Source: Acidimicrobiaceae bacterium
GTDB taxonomy: Bacteria > Actinomycetota > Acidimicrobiia > Acidimicrobiales > RAAP-2
Assembly (NCBI GenBank): GCA_003133325.1
Contig: PKXA01000063.1
Span: 18,954-82,953, forward strand
DNA length: 64,000 nt
Direction: 5' to 3'
In this document: positions 19,539 through 29,051 of the stretch, in pieces
Position numbering within the stretch: position 1 is the first letter of the stretch
How the letters are laid out: every line of letters begins with the position of its first letter
Notes under the pieces: model-generated
What the model was told of the DNA's origin: nothing
What the model saw: the letters and a program-made list of their open reading frames with translations, nothing else
Database searches by the model: none
Made by a program: the position numbers and the translations under genes

Positions 19539-20413
19539 GGGGGGGCCTCACCGAAGACGGTGGGGGCCGGATTGCCGTGGTGGTGGTCAACTACGAGTCA
19601 GGCTCCGTCCTGGCCAGTTGTATCGCAAGTCTGCGGGCGGAGGGACCCGCAGAGTTGGTGGTGGTCGACAATGGCTCGACCGATGGATCCGTGGACGAGC
19701 TGCGTCAGCGATTTCCTGACGTCAAGGTGCTTCTCCCCGGACGGAACCTCGGCTACGGGGCCGGTGCCAATCGCGGGGTGGCAGCCACCCGGTCTGAATT
19801 CGTCCTGGTGTGCAACCCCGATCTGTCAGTCTCGCCGGGCGTGCTGATGGAGTTGACCAAGGTGCTCCAGACCGATCCCACTGCCGCGGTTGTGGGCCCG
19901 TTGATCCGGACGCCGGAAGGCGAGCGCTATCCCTCCGCCCGCCGGTTCCCCTCCATGATCGACGCGGCGGGTCACGCACTCCTCGGCCAGTTCGTCCCCA
20001 ACAACCCATTTACCCGCGCCTATCAAGAGTCCGATTTGGCCCTCGACCTCGAAACTGTGCGGACGGTGGATTGGGTGTCGGGGGCCTGCTTCTTGGTGCG
20101 GAGATCGGCGTTCGAGCAGGTCGGGGGCTTCGACGAACTGTTCTTCATGTATGCCGAGGACGTCGACCTGTGCTGGCGACTGGGACGAACCCACTGGAAG
20201 GTCGCCTATGCCCCGAGAGCAGTCGTGACCCACGTCCAGGGGGTCTCCACCGCCCGGCATCCCTATCGGATGATCATTGAGCACCATCGTTCCCTGCTGC
20301 GGTTCGCCAGGCGGTCGACAACGGGGTGGCGACGGGCACTTCTTCCCTTGGTGGTGGTGGGGATCGGGGTTCGCGCCATGCTGGCCGGGCTCAGGGAAAA
20401 ATCCACCCGATAA
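19535..20413 (+). CDS. GT2 glycosyltransferase, WbbL-like (rhamnosyltransferase type).
   Basis: A TTGA overlap gives a TTG start. Motifs VVVVNYESG, VVVDNGSTDGS, NLGYGAGANRG and YAEDVDLCWR. Confidence 0.8.
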   Translation: MRGGLTEDGGGRIAVVVVNYESGSVLASCIASLRAEGPAELVVVDNGSTDGSVDELRQRFPDVKVLLPGRNLGYGAGANRGVAATRSEFVLVCNPDLSVSPGVLMELTKVLQTDPTAAVVGPLIRTPEGERYPSARRFPSMIDAAGHALLGQFVPNNPFTRAYQESDLALDLETVRTVDWVSGACFLVRRSAFEQVGGFDELFFMYAEDVDLCWRLGRTHWKVAYAPRAVVTHVQGVSTARHPYRMIIEHHRSLLRFARRSTTGWRRALLPLVVVGIGVRAMLAGLREKSTR

Positions 20414-20474
20414 CCGGGGTTGGCCAGGGACTGACCGACCGGTGGGGCGCCACGTTGTATGGTGTCGTCCGATC

Positions 20475-21251
20475 ATGGCCAGCAATGCAACAGGGAAGTG
20501 GGTGGCGCGGGCTGCGTCCACCGGAGGAGGCAAGACCTATCGCGGACAGATGCCGATCAACTGGTACGCCAGTCTGATCATCATCTGCGTGGTGGGTCTG
20601 TTCCTGATCGGGTACAGCCGGTATCAGCTGACCCATAAGTCCACCAGCGCAACCGGGCCGCCCACCACGACAGAGACCTGGCACGCGGCGCTCGGGATCG
20701 ACGTGTGCGGCACCATCGAGCCGAACCTCACGGCCAGCACCAACACCTCGAAAACCGGGTTGACGGCAGACGGGAGCGGCCTGGTGGTCGTCAGTCCGAA
20801 GAACAGTTCCGAATCCGGAGCGAACGCCACCCTGGGCAAGTTCGTGTCCGGGTACAAGGGTCTCACGCTCACCTCCTCGACATTGGGCTACCCGGGGAAG
20901 AAAGTGATGACCAATGGTGCGACCTGCCCCAAAGGCACGCCCGACGCCGGCAAGCAGAGCTATGTGATTGTGGTCGACTGGACCAACTATCTGTCCAAGA
21001 AGTCCACCGAGGTCAGTGGAAACCCGGGGTCGCTCAAGTTCGGCAACGGCCAGATGATCACCATGGCATTTTTGCCGGCCACGGCTTCGGATCCCAAGCC
21101 CCCTGCCGCCGCCATCACCAATCTGATCACCGCCGTCCAGTCGGGAGCCACCACCCCGACCACCGCACCGGCCACCACGCCGACCACCGCACCGGCCACC
21201 ACGCCGACCACTGCACCGGCCACCACGCCGACCACTGCACCGACTTCGTGA
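20475..21251 (+). CDS. Single-pass membrane protein with a Thr/Pro/Ala repeat tail (unknown function).
   Basis: TM helix WYASLIIICVVGLFLIGY, a ~190-aa ecto-region, and a C-terminal TTPTTAPA repeat array. Confidence 0.6.
   Translation: MASNATGKWVARAASTGGGKTYRGQMPINWYASLIIICVVGLFLIGYSRYQLTHKSTSATGPPTTTETWHAALGIDVCGTIEPNLTASTNTSKTGLTADGSGLVVVSPKNSSESGANATLGKFVSGYKGLTLTSSTLGYPGKKVMTNGATCPKGTPDAGKQSYVIVVDWTNYLSKKSTEVSGNPGSLKFGNGQMITMAFLPATASDPKPPAAAITNLITAVQSGATTPTTAPATTPTTAPATTPTTAPATTPTTAPTS
21150..21242 (+). repeat. 24-nt in-frame tandem repeat, about 3.5 copies (encodes TTAPATTP).
   Basis: ACCACCGCACCGGCCACCACGCCG at 21159, 21183 and 21207 (one C-to-T variant), plus partial copies at both ends. 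Confidence 0.85.
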
Positions 21252-21273
21252 AGCACTCTGGCGGAACCTCCAC

Positions 21274-22365
21274 GTGAGGGCCGTCGTCCTGGTGGGCGGC
21301 GAGGGGACCCGGCTCCGGCCTCTGACGTTGACCACTCCGAAGCAGATGCTCCCCATCGTGGAGCATCCGATGATCGAACGGGTGCTCGGCCACTTGGCCG
21401 CCCATGGGGTCGACGACGCGGTTCTTTCCCTCGGATACCGACCTGATGCCTTCATCAACGCCTATCCGGACGGGACTGTCGCCGGCATTCGCCTCTCCTA
21501 TGCGGTGGAGCCGACACCTCTCGATACCGCCGGAGCCATCCGATTCGCTGCTGACCATGTCGGGATCGACGACACCTTTTTGGTAGTGAATGGAGATGTC
21601 CTCACCGATCTGGATATCAGTGCGCTGATCGCCTTCCATAAGGAGCACGGGTCGGAGGCCACCATCAGCCTCACCCCGGTGGACGATCCCTCTGCATTCG
21701 GCGTGGTGCCCACCGACCCCGACGGGAGGGTGCAGGCGTTCATTGAAAAGCCCCCCCGGGACGAGATCCCGACCCACCTGATCAACGCCGGGACCTACGT
21801 GCTCGAAGCGACGGTGCTCGGACGCATTCCCGAGGGGCGCCGAGTGTCCATCGAACGGGAGACCTTCCCACAGATGGTGGAGGCCGGGTCGCTCTATGCC
21901 CAAGGCTCGGAGGTGTACTGGATCGATACCGGTACGCCGTACACCTATCTCCGGGCCCACGCCGATCTGCTGCTCGGCCGGCGCAATATCCCACCGGCAC
22001 CTGACGCCGTGGAAGACGATTCCGTGGGTGAGGGGGTATGGCGAATCGGAGAAGTGGACGTGGCGAGCATCTCGGTCACCCATTCGCTGGTGGGCAAAGG
22101 GGCCCTGATCGACGCAGGCGCCGTCGTCGACGGCTCAGTGGTCGGCCATGGAGCGGTGATCGAAGAGGGCGCTTCCGTACTTGGGTCCGTGCTGCTTCCC
22201 GGTGCCCGCGTCGCCGCTAAGGCGACTGTCGAAGGTTCGATCATCGGACCCGACGCCACCATCGGTCAACGGTGTGTCATCCAACCGCTGTCGGTGATCG
22301 GAGCCGGCGTCGTGACGGCATCAGGCACCATCGTCGACGGTGGTCGCATACCGGCCGGGGCCTGA
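21274..22365 (+). CDS. manC: Mannose-1-phosphate guanylyltransferase (NTP-transferase + left-handed beta-helix).
   Basis: VLVGGEGTRLRPLT and a C-terminal hexapeptide-repeat region. Confidence 0.88.
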   Translation: MRAVVLVGGEGTRLRPLTLTTPKQMLPIVEHPMIERVLGHLAAHGVDDAVLSLGYRPDAFINAYPDGTVAGIRLSYAVEPTPLDTAGAIRFAADHVGIDDTFLVVNGDVLTDLDISALIAFHKEHGSEATISLTPVDDPSAFGVVPTDPDGRVQAFIEKPPRDEIPTHLINAGTYVLEATVLGRIPEGRRVSIERETFPQMVEAGSLYAQGSEVYWIDTGTPYTYLRAHADLLLGRRNIPPAPDAVEDDSVGEGVWRIGEVDVASISVTHSLVGKGALIDAGAVVDGSVVGHGAVIEEGASVLGSVLLPGARVAAKATVEGSIIGPDATIGQRCVIQPLSVIGAGVVTASGTIVDGGRIPAGA

Positions 22366-22369
22366 ACGG

Positions 22370-23332
22370 ATGCACACCCTGGTCACCGGAGGCGCCGGAT
22401 TCATCGGCTCGACTCTGGTCGACCGATTGCTGGCCGAAGGCCACTCCGTCGATGTTGTCGACGACCTTTCGACCGGTTCCCTCTCCAATCTGGCCGAGTC
22501 CCGGGCGACAGCCGGTCATCGTCTGCGGGTGAACAACCTCGATGTCCGCTCGTCCGAAGTGGTGGACCTGATGAACCGCCGGCGCCCGGAGGTCGTCTTT
22601 CATCTCGCCGCCCAGGCCGATGTCCGGGTGTCCGTTGCGCAACCGATTTTCGATGCCGACGTCAATCTGCTCGGTACCCTGCGAGTTCTTGAAGGAGCTC
22701 GCACGTCCGGCGTCACCCGGGTGGTCTTCGCGGCCAGTGGCGGAACCCTCTATGGGGACCCGGATGCTGCCGATCTACCGGTCAAGGAGTCGCTCCCACA
22801 TCGGCCCTTGTCGCCGTACGGCGTGTCGAAGAAGGCCGCCATCGACTATCTGGTCGCCTACCGGGAGCTGCACGCGTTGGAATTCGCGGCGCTGGCCCTG
22901 GCCAATGTGTACGGCCCCCGCCAGGATCCTCACGGTGAGGCGGGAGTGGTGTCGATCTTCGCCGAGCGCCTGCTGCGGGGACAGCCGATCACCATCTTCG
23001 GGGACGGGGAGCAGACCCGCGATTTCGTCTATGTCGATGATGTGGTGGACGCCTTCGTGCGCGCGGCGACCAAAGGTGGAGGGCTCGTGTGCAATATCGG
23101 CACCGGTCGAGAGACCTCGGTCAATGAACTTCTCCGCGAACTGTCGACCCAAGCCGGTGTCAGCGTTCCGGTTGAGTACGCACCGCTGCGCCCCGGCGAG
23201 CTCCTCAGGAACAGCCTCGACCCCGGGCGTGCCGGCATCCACCTTGGGTGGAAACCCTGGACCGGGCTCGGAACAGGCACTGCCGCGGTGCTCGACTTCG
23301 TGCGCGAACGGATCAGCGCTTCCGGCGATTGA
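22370..23332 (+). CDS. NAD-dependent sugar epimerase (GalE-like SDR).
   Basis: TGGAGFIGSTLVDRL and YGVSKKA. Confidence 0.85.
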   Translation: MHTLVTGGAGFIGSTLVDRLLAEGHSVDVVDDLSTGSLSNLAESRATAGHRLRVNNLDVRSSEVVDLMNRRRPEVVFHLAAQADVRVSVAQPIFDADVNLLGTLRVLEGARTSGVTRVVFAASGGTLYGDPDAADLPVKESLPHRPLSPYGVSKKAAIDYLVAYRELHALEFAALALANVYGPRQDPHGEAGVVSIFAERLLRGQPITIFGDGEQTRDFVYVDDVVDAFVRAATKGGGLVCNIGTGRETSVNELLRELSTQAGVSVPVEYAPLRPGELLRNSLDPGRAGIHLGWKPWTGLGTGTAAVLDFVRERISASGD

Positions 23333-23355
23333 ATCCGAGTTTGGCCGGGTCCTGC

Positions 23356-23786
23356 TCATCGGGTAACGAGGGGACAGCCGGACGGGCGGCCCGCCGCCGC
23401 GAAGGCGGTCTCCCGATCTGCGTACGCCTTGATCTCGATGGCGTTGCCACTCGGATCCAGAACCTTCCCTTTCCGTTGCTGGTCGGTGAGCCGGCGTACT
23501 CGGTGCACAAGGGATCGAGCCACCGAACATGGTGTTTGTTCACCCGGGCCGCGATCCGATCGAGTTCGTCGATTCCGAGGGTGACGCCGAGGTGGTGCAC
23601 ACCTCGTTGCTCGTCGGTGAGCACCCCGTCCGACCGCTCGTGCAGGGTGATCTGCATCCCGTAGAACCGGACGTCGCACCAGCCGGTGCGTTCTCGTCCC
23701 GGACCACAATCCGGCCTATCGAGTTAGAAGCGCCGCGCCTCGGCCGGATCGCGCACAGGAATCGACACGTGATGAATCGGTTCCAC
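23356..23786 (-). pseudogene. VOC/glyoxalase-family gene disrupted by a nonsense codon and a frameshift.
   Basis: IHHVSIPVRDPAEARRF is followed by TAA (23724-23726), where family members have Tyr. The same frame continues as LDRPDCGPGRERTGWCDVRFYGMQITLHE...HHVRWLDP. The conserved C-terminus, KVLDPSGNAIEIKAY, is in another frame, with the shift near 23490-23500. Confidence 0.55.
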
Positions 23787-23964
23787 CTCCGACAAGCTAT
23801 TTCCGAGGTTCACAATCGGCCGGAAGCACGCTGGATCACGGCCGTGCGCTCGCTCCTGGGCGGTAGGTACTACACTGGTGATGTCCTGGTGCGCCTTACT
23901 TTCGCGACAGGCCACGGTCGGGGTCTCTCCCCGTCGTCCCCCACTGTCGCACGAAAGCGCTTCC

Positions 23965-25569
23965 ATGCCCCTGCCCCAACCTTCGTTCGCCGATCTCGGC
24001 GTGCCCTCAGACATCGTCGCCGCGCTGAAAGCGCGTTCGATCATTACGCCCTTTCCCATCCAGTCCGCCACCGTTGTCGACGCCATGGCCGGTCGCGACG
24101 TTTGCGGTAAGGCTCCCACCGGATCGGGCAAGACCCTGGCCTTCGGAATTGGAGCGGTGGCCCGTCTGACCGGGAAACCAGCCCGTCCGAAGCATCCCCG
24201 GATGCTCGTCCTCACCCCGACCCGTGAGCTCTGTGCCCAGGTTGCCTCGGAACTGGCCACCCTCTGCACCTCCCGGAACCTTCGGGTGGAAACGTTCTAC
24301 GGCGGTGTCGGCTACGGGCCCCAGCTCAAGTCCCTCTCCCGCGGCGTCGACATCGCGGTGGCGTGCCCGGGCCGCTTGGGCGACCTGATCGAGCGGGGCA
24401 GCATCCGACTTGATGCCATTGAGATAGTGGTGATCGACGAGGCGGACCGGATGGCGGACATGGGGTTTCTCCCCGATGTGCGCCGGCTACTCGACAAGAC
24501 CCCCGCCTCCCGTCAGACGCTCCTCTTTTCGGCCACCCTGGACGGGGACATCGATGTCCTGGTGAAGCGGTACCAAAAGGATCCTGTGCGACACGAACTC
24601 GAAGCCGAAGATGATGCCAGCGAAGCTGTGCATCTCTTTTGGAGAGTGTCGTCGGGTGATCGGGTCGAGACGACGGCATCGATAGCCGCGGCCTCGGGCC
24701 CGACCATCGTGTTCTGCCGGACCAAGCACAGTACGGATCGGATCGCTCGTCAGCTCGATCAACGAGGTGTTCGGGCTGCCGCCATTCACGGCGACCGGAG
24801 CCAAAAACAACGGGAGCGGGCGCTCGAGTCATTTGTCCAGGGTTCGGTCGATGCGTTGGTCGCTACTGATGTGGCCGCTCGTGGGATCCACGTCGACGGG
24901 GTGAACGCGGTGGTCCACTTCGATCCTCCGACGGACTCCAAGGACTACGTGCACCGCTCGGGCCGCACTGCCCGGGCCGGAGCAACCGGAGTAGTCGTCA
25001 GCTTCGTCACCCCCGACAAGACCGGCGCGGTAAAACGGATCCAACGAGACCTGGGCATGCCGGCAGGTTTGGATGTTCCCGACATGTCGAGGATCTCCGA
25101 CGTCCTGGGTGCACCGCCCCAGCGGAAGCCCCGCAAAGAGCACGCTGGTGCCAGTGGCTCGGCCAATGGCTCGGCCAATGGCTCGGCCAATGGCACCAAC
25201 CGCTTTGGGTCCGGCCGCTCCGAGTCCTCGAACGGGTCGACCCGCACCGGTAAGCCGTGGAAGCAACGCCCGGCATCGAGTCGTGGTGCCGGCAAAGGTC
25301 CAAGAGCCAACGGGTCCGACCGGGGACCGTCGGAGGGAAGTCCTGACCGCAACGGCTCCGGTGGTGGCCATAAGAAGAAACCTGCGGGTGCCGGCGGGTG
25401 GAGCAAGACGGGCAAGCCCGGTGCCAAGCCTGCGGGGGCTCGTGGTCATTCCGCCGGAGGCAAGGGCGGTGGGGGACAATCCGGCAGCGGTTCGCACTCT
25501 CACGCCCACGCTGGACATACGGGTGGGGCGAAGCAAGCCGCCGGCGCCGGTGGGCGTCGAGGCCGCTGA
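23965..25569 (+). CDS. DEAD-box RNA helicase with a long Gly/Ser/Arg/Lys-rich tail.
   Basis: Q-motif region FPIQ, APTGSGKT, DEAD, SAT and HRSGRTARAG. The disordered C-terminus is ~170 aa. Confidence 0.9.
   Translation: MPLPQPSFADLGVPSDIVAALKARSIITPFPIQSATVVDAMAGRDVCGKAPTGSGKTLAFGIGAVARLTGKPARPKHPRMLVLTPTRELCAQVASELATLCTSRNLRVETFYGGVGYGPQLKSLSRGVDIAVACPGRLGDLIERGSIRLDAIEIVVIDEADRMADMGFLPDVRRLLDKTPASRQTLLFSATLDGDIDVLVKRYQKDPVRHELEAEDDASEAVHLFWRVSSGDRVETTASIAAASGPTIVFCRTKHSTDRIARQLDQRGVRAAAIHGDRSQKQRERALESFVQGSVDALVATDVAARGIHVDGVNAVVHFDPPTDSKDYVHRSGRTARAGATGVVVSFVTPDKTGAVKRIQRDLGMPAGLDVPDMSRISDVLGAPPQRKPRKEHAGASGSANGSANGSANGTNRFGSGRSESSNGSTRTGKPWKQRPASSRGAGKGPRANGSDRGPSEGSPDRNGSGGGHKKKPAGAGGWSKTGKPGAKPAGARGHSAGGKGGGGQSGSGSHSHAHAGHTGGAKQAAGAGGRRGR
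25156..25194 (+). repeat. 12-nt in-frame tandem repeat, 3 copies (GSAN).
   Basis: GGCTCGGCCAAT three times, then GGC. Confidence 0.85.
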
Positions 25570-25622
25570 CCGTCTGTCCGGTTGGGTCACCAGGGGCTCT
25601 TTGAGCGCGTACAGTCGTGGTC

Positions 25623-26000
25623 ATGGCATCTGACACCAAACCCACTGTGACCATTCCCGACGGGGCGCCGCCCGCCGGCCTGCTCGTCGAGGACATCGAG
25701 GTCGGTGAAGGTCCCGATGCGGTGGCCGGCTCGCCGGTCAGCGTGCACTACGTCGGCGTCTCATGGTCGACGGGCAGCGAATTCGACTCCTCGTGGAACC
25801 GGGGTGAGCATTTTTCGTTCCCTTTGGGCGCCGGGCACGTGATCTCGGGTTGGGATCAGGGCGTCGCCGGCATGAAAGTCGGAGGCCGCCGACGCCTCAC
25901 CATTCCGCCCCACCTCGGATACGGCGAACGGGGCGCCGGTGGCTCCATCGGGCCCAATGAGACGCTCGTCTTTGTGGTGGACCTGGTTGGGGTCGGCTGA
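25623..26000 (+). CDS. FKBP-type peptidyl-prolyl isomerase.
   Basis: FDSSWNRGEHFSFPLGAGHVISGWDQG and LVFVVDLV. An alternative GTG start lies at 25617. Confidence 0.88.
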   Translation: MASDTKPTVTIPDGAPPAGLLVEDIEVGEGPDAVAGSPVSVHYVGVSWSTGSEFDSSWNRGEHFSFPLGAGHVISGWDQGVAGMKVGGRRRLTIPPHLGYGERGAGGSIGPNETLVFVVDLVGVG

Positions 26001-26005
26001 AACGA

Positions 26006-26782
26006 TCAGCGGAACAGGTCTTCATCCGGCGGTCGGATGATCTCGGCAGCCACCGACGCAAACCGCAGCCACCGGGGGTCAACCCCCCGGATCACCGCGG
26101 CGGGAATGCCGCGATCTTTGCCCATCACCAATTCAGCCGCGGAAGCCAGCTCATCGGCGATGCACACCTCGGTGGCTTCGAGCACCCGGCCAGTGGCGTC
26201 GGGCGTACCGCGCAGATCCACCACGCCGGCGATGCCGGCAATGCCGATGGCGACGTCGGTGACACCACGCCGCCAGGTACGGCCGAACGTGTCCGAAATG
26301 ATCACTCCGACCGAGACCCCGTGGCGATGCTCGAGCGCCTCGCGGATGCGTCGGGCCGAGCGGTCGGGATCGATCGGCAGCAACGCGGCGGTGCCCTCCT
26401 CGACGTTTGAAAGATCCACACCGGCGTTCGCGCAGATGAAGCCGTGCTTCGTTTCGGTGATCAGAAGATCTCCCCGGCGACGAACGATACGGACCGACTC
26501 TTCTTCGACCAAGCGTTGCTTGGCGCCGGGGTCATCGGGGTCGATGTCGACCAGGCGGCCTTCGGCTTTTGACACCACCTTTTGGGTGACCACCAGGACA
26601 TCCCCCTCGGTCAGGCGAACCGGAGCGAGGTGGTCACCGGTGGCGACGTGGGTCAGCGCGTCCATCAGCAGACCGGCAAGGTCGTCGCCGGGCGCAATCT
26701 CGGCCATTCCGGTGACCGGGTAGATGGCCAGGGCTCCGGGGCCTAGGACCATGCCACTGCCGTGTATGTCACCGAGTGGCAT
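26006..26782 (-). CDS. cofE: Coenzyme F420:L-glutamate ligase, stand-alone CofE.
   Basis: IAPGDDLAGL, VVTQKVVSKAEGR and ICANAGVDLSNV. The protein is 258 aa. It ends 5 nt from the convergent FKBP gene, so there is no C-terminal nitroreductase-like domain. Confidence 0.85.
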   Translation of the reverse strand: MPLGDIHGSGMVLGPGALAIYPVTGMAEIAPGDDLAGLLMDALTHVATGDHLAPVRLTEGDVLVVTQKVVSKAEGRLVDIDPDDPGAKQRLVEEESVRIVRRRGDLLITETKHGFICANAGVDLSNVEEGTAALLPIDPDRSARRIREALEHRHGVSVGVIISDTFGRTWRRGVTDVAIGIAGIAGVVDLRGTPDATGRVLEATEVCIADELASAAELVMGKDRGIPAAVIRGVDPRWLRFASVAAEIIRPPDEDLFR

Positions 26783-27695
26783 GGAGTACCGTCCGGGCTA
26801 GGTCGGCTGATAGTTCTAGAGTCGACATCACCGTGTTGGTTACCACGCAACGGACCCCCTCTGCTTCGACGGCGTGCTGCAAGGCGGAATCGGCTTCGTC
26901 GATCACCAGGGTCCCCATCCACGGTGCGTACCACTTGGCCACTCCGACCACCGATGGTTCAAACCCGAGCTCGGCCAACAATCGGTCTGCCGGTCCCTTC
27001 AATGCCGCACCGGCCACGATGGGCGACACCCCGACAATGTCGTCGCGCCTCGCCACCAGAGAGTCGAGGATCCCGGGAACGGAAAGAAGCGGGTCAATGG
27101 AGACCACCGGGTTGGAGGGGCAGACCACGATGGCGTCCGAGCCGGAAAGGGCCTGGAGCACCTTTGGACCGGGCTGAGCCGAGGCGGACCCCTCAAAGCG
27201 CACGCTGGCGACGGCCACATCATGGTGGAGATGGACGAAGTACTCCTGGAAGCTCACTTCGGGGCCGTCTACCAGTTGCATCCGGGTGCGGAGGGGGTCA
27301 TCGGTGACCGGAAGAAGGCGGATGTCGACACCCCACGAACTGGACAGCTCAGCGGTGACCTCGCTAAGGGTGGCGCCTTCGCTGAGGCGTTGCGAGCGAT
27401 AGCAGTGGGTGGCAAGGTCCTTGTCCCCCAAGCTGAACCAGGTGATTCCCCCGAGGCGTTCGAGCGACTCCATCACCCGCCATGACTCGCCGGTCAGGCC
27501 CCACCCAGTCTCGGCATTGATGGCTCCGGCCAATGTGTACATCACCGTGTCCAGATCGGGTGAGATGTGGAGACCGTGGAGGACGGTATCGTCCCCGGTA
27601 TTCACGATGGCGGTGATATCGCCGGGAGGCATGACTTCGACCAGACCCCGTAGCATGCGGGCGGCTCCGACCCCCCCGGCCAGGGCCGTGATCAC
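26769..27695 (-). CDS. cofD: 2-phospho-L-lactate (or EPPG) transferase, CofD/FbiA.
   Basis: A GTG start gives VITALAGGVGAARML. Motifs IVNTGDD and DLDTVMYTL. It overlaps the cofE start by 14 nt. Confidence 0.85.
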   Translation of the reverse strand: MITALAGGVGAARMLRGLVEVMPPGDITAIVNTGDDTVLHGLHISPDLDTVMYTLAGAINAETGWGLTGESWRVMESLERLGGITWFSLGDKDLATHCYRSQRLSEGATLSEVTAELSSSWGVDIRLLPVTDDPLRTRMQLVDGPEVSFQEYFVHLHHDVAVASVRFEGSASAQPGPKVLQALSGSDAIVVCPSNPVVSIDPLLSVPGILDSLVARRDDIVGVSPIVAGAALKGPADRLLAELGFEPSVVGVAKWYAPWMGTLVIDEADSALQHAVEAEGVRCVVTNTVMSTLELSADLARTVLHATR

Positions 27696-27824
27696 CGGTG
27701 GGCGCCCACGACAGAAGGATTGCGGCGGCCACCGCGGGGATCGGCCGCAGACGGTGGGTGGGTAGAGTCGGGCATGGATCGGCAGGCTACTCGGCGGTGC
27801 CCGTATCCCGGAAGGCACCGGTGA

Positions 27825-29051
27825 ATGTGTAAGGCTCACTTGGTGCCGACGGAGCGATCTGCGATTGTCGACCAAGGTCGGCTGTCGGTTGCCCTCGATG
27901 CGACACCACTGTTGGGACGCCCGACCGGGGTAGGGGCGTTTTGTGCCGGTGCTCTCGGTGGCCTGACCTCTCGACCGGGTCTCGACGTCTCGGCGTTCGC
28001 CATCAGTTGGAGACGTCGGCAGGCCATCTCGGATCTCGTCCCCCCCGGGGTGTCCACCTCGCAGCGAGCCATGCCCGCCCGCCCGCTGCACATGGCCTGG
28101 AACCTCTCGTCCCAACCGCCGGTCGAATGGTTCATCGGACCGCACCAGGTGGTCCATGGAACCAACTTCGTTGTGCCGCCGTCGAGGAGGGCGGCGCGGG
28201 TGGTCACGGTGCACGATCTCACCGTCGTCCGATTCCCCGAACTCTGCGATCGATCCACTCTCGGCTATCCGGCATTGATCCGGCGGGCAGTCGATGACGG
28301 AGTGTGGGTCCACACACCGTCCCAGTTCGTGGCGGAGGAGGTCATCGAGGCGTTCGACATTGAGCCCGAGCGGGTCCGTACCGTCCACCATGGAATACCG
28401 GAGTTGGTAGGCGGCACTGAAAGCCACGCCGGGACCGGAGACGGACAGAGCGCGGAGAGCCTGCCTTTTCTTCTCCCTGCCGGGACCTCACGGTATGTCG
28501 TGGCGGTGGGAACTGTCGAGCCCCGAAAGGATTATCCGTCCTTGGTGAGGGCATTCACGTCGGTGAGTCGCGCCCACCGGGATGTAGCCCTCGTTATCGT
28601 GGGTGCCGATGGATGGGGTGCAGACGCTTTTCTGGATGCGCTGGCCGGCTCGCCGGTTCGGGATCGGATCGTGAGACCCGGTTACATCGATGATGTGGCT
28701 CTCGACGCGACCCTCCATGGGGCTTCTGTGCTGGCCTATCCCTCGGTATACGAAGGGTTCGGGTTCCCGCCTGTGCAAGCAATGGCCGCTGGTGTCCCGG
28801 TGGTGTCCACCTCGGTGGGGGCGATCCCCGAGATAGTCCTAGACGGCGCTCTCCTGGTCAGCGCCGGGGACTCCGATGGGTTGGCGACCGCGCTGGCCCA
28901 CGTCCTCGACGGCGGGCCCGACATCGAGGCGCTCATCGCCCGGGGTCGTCGCCGGGCCGCGGATTTCACCTGGTCCAAGTGCGCCGAGGGTCTCGACCGG
29001 CTTTATCGGGACGCACGGGCGGCATCGGGAGGACGAGGTGCCCGACCATGA
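27825..29051 (+). CDS. GT4 (GT-B) glycosyltransferase.
   Basis: LDATPLLGRPTGVGAF at the N-terminus and EGFGFPPVQAMAAGVPVV (the E-x7-E region). The start may be GTG 27843. Confidence 0.85.
   Translation: MCKAHLVPTERSAIVDQGRLSVALDATPLLGRPTGVGAFCAGALGGLTSRPGLDVSAFAISWRRRQAISDLVPPGVSTSQRAMPARPLHMAWNLSSQPPVEWFIGPHQVVHGTNFVVPPSRRAARVVTVHDLTVVRFPELCDRSTLGYPALIRRAVDDGVWVHTPSQFVAEEVIEAFDIEPERVRTVHHGIPELVGGTESHAGTGDGQSAESLPFLLPAGTSRYVVAVGTVEPRKDYPSLVRAFTSVSRAHRDVALVIVGADGWGADAFLDALAGSPVRDRIVRPGYIDDVALDATLHGASVLAYPSVYEGFGFPPVQAMAAGVPVVSTSVGAIPEIVLDGALLVSAGDSDGLATALAHVLDGGPDIEALIARGRRRAADFTWSKCAEGLDRLYRDARAASGGRGARP

Noticed and set aside
27696-27824. whiB-type gene expected divergent from cofD by synteny with mycobacteria.
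   Set aside because: The gap is only ~130 nt and holds no ORF with the Cys-x(n)-C-x2-C-x5-C pattern. A GT4 gene occupies the position.
26769-28427. 552-aa extension of the cofD frame.
   Set aside because: Only the C-terminal ~308 aa resemble CofD. The upstream part is antisense to a GT4 gene and is Arg/Pro-rich. The GTG at 27695 gives the canonical VITALAGGVGAA N-terminus.
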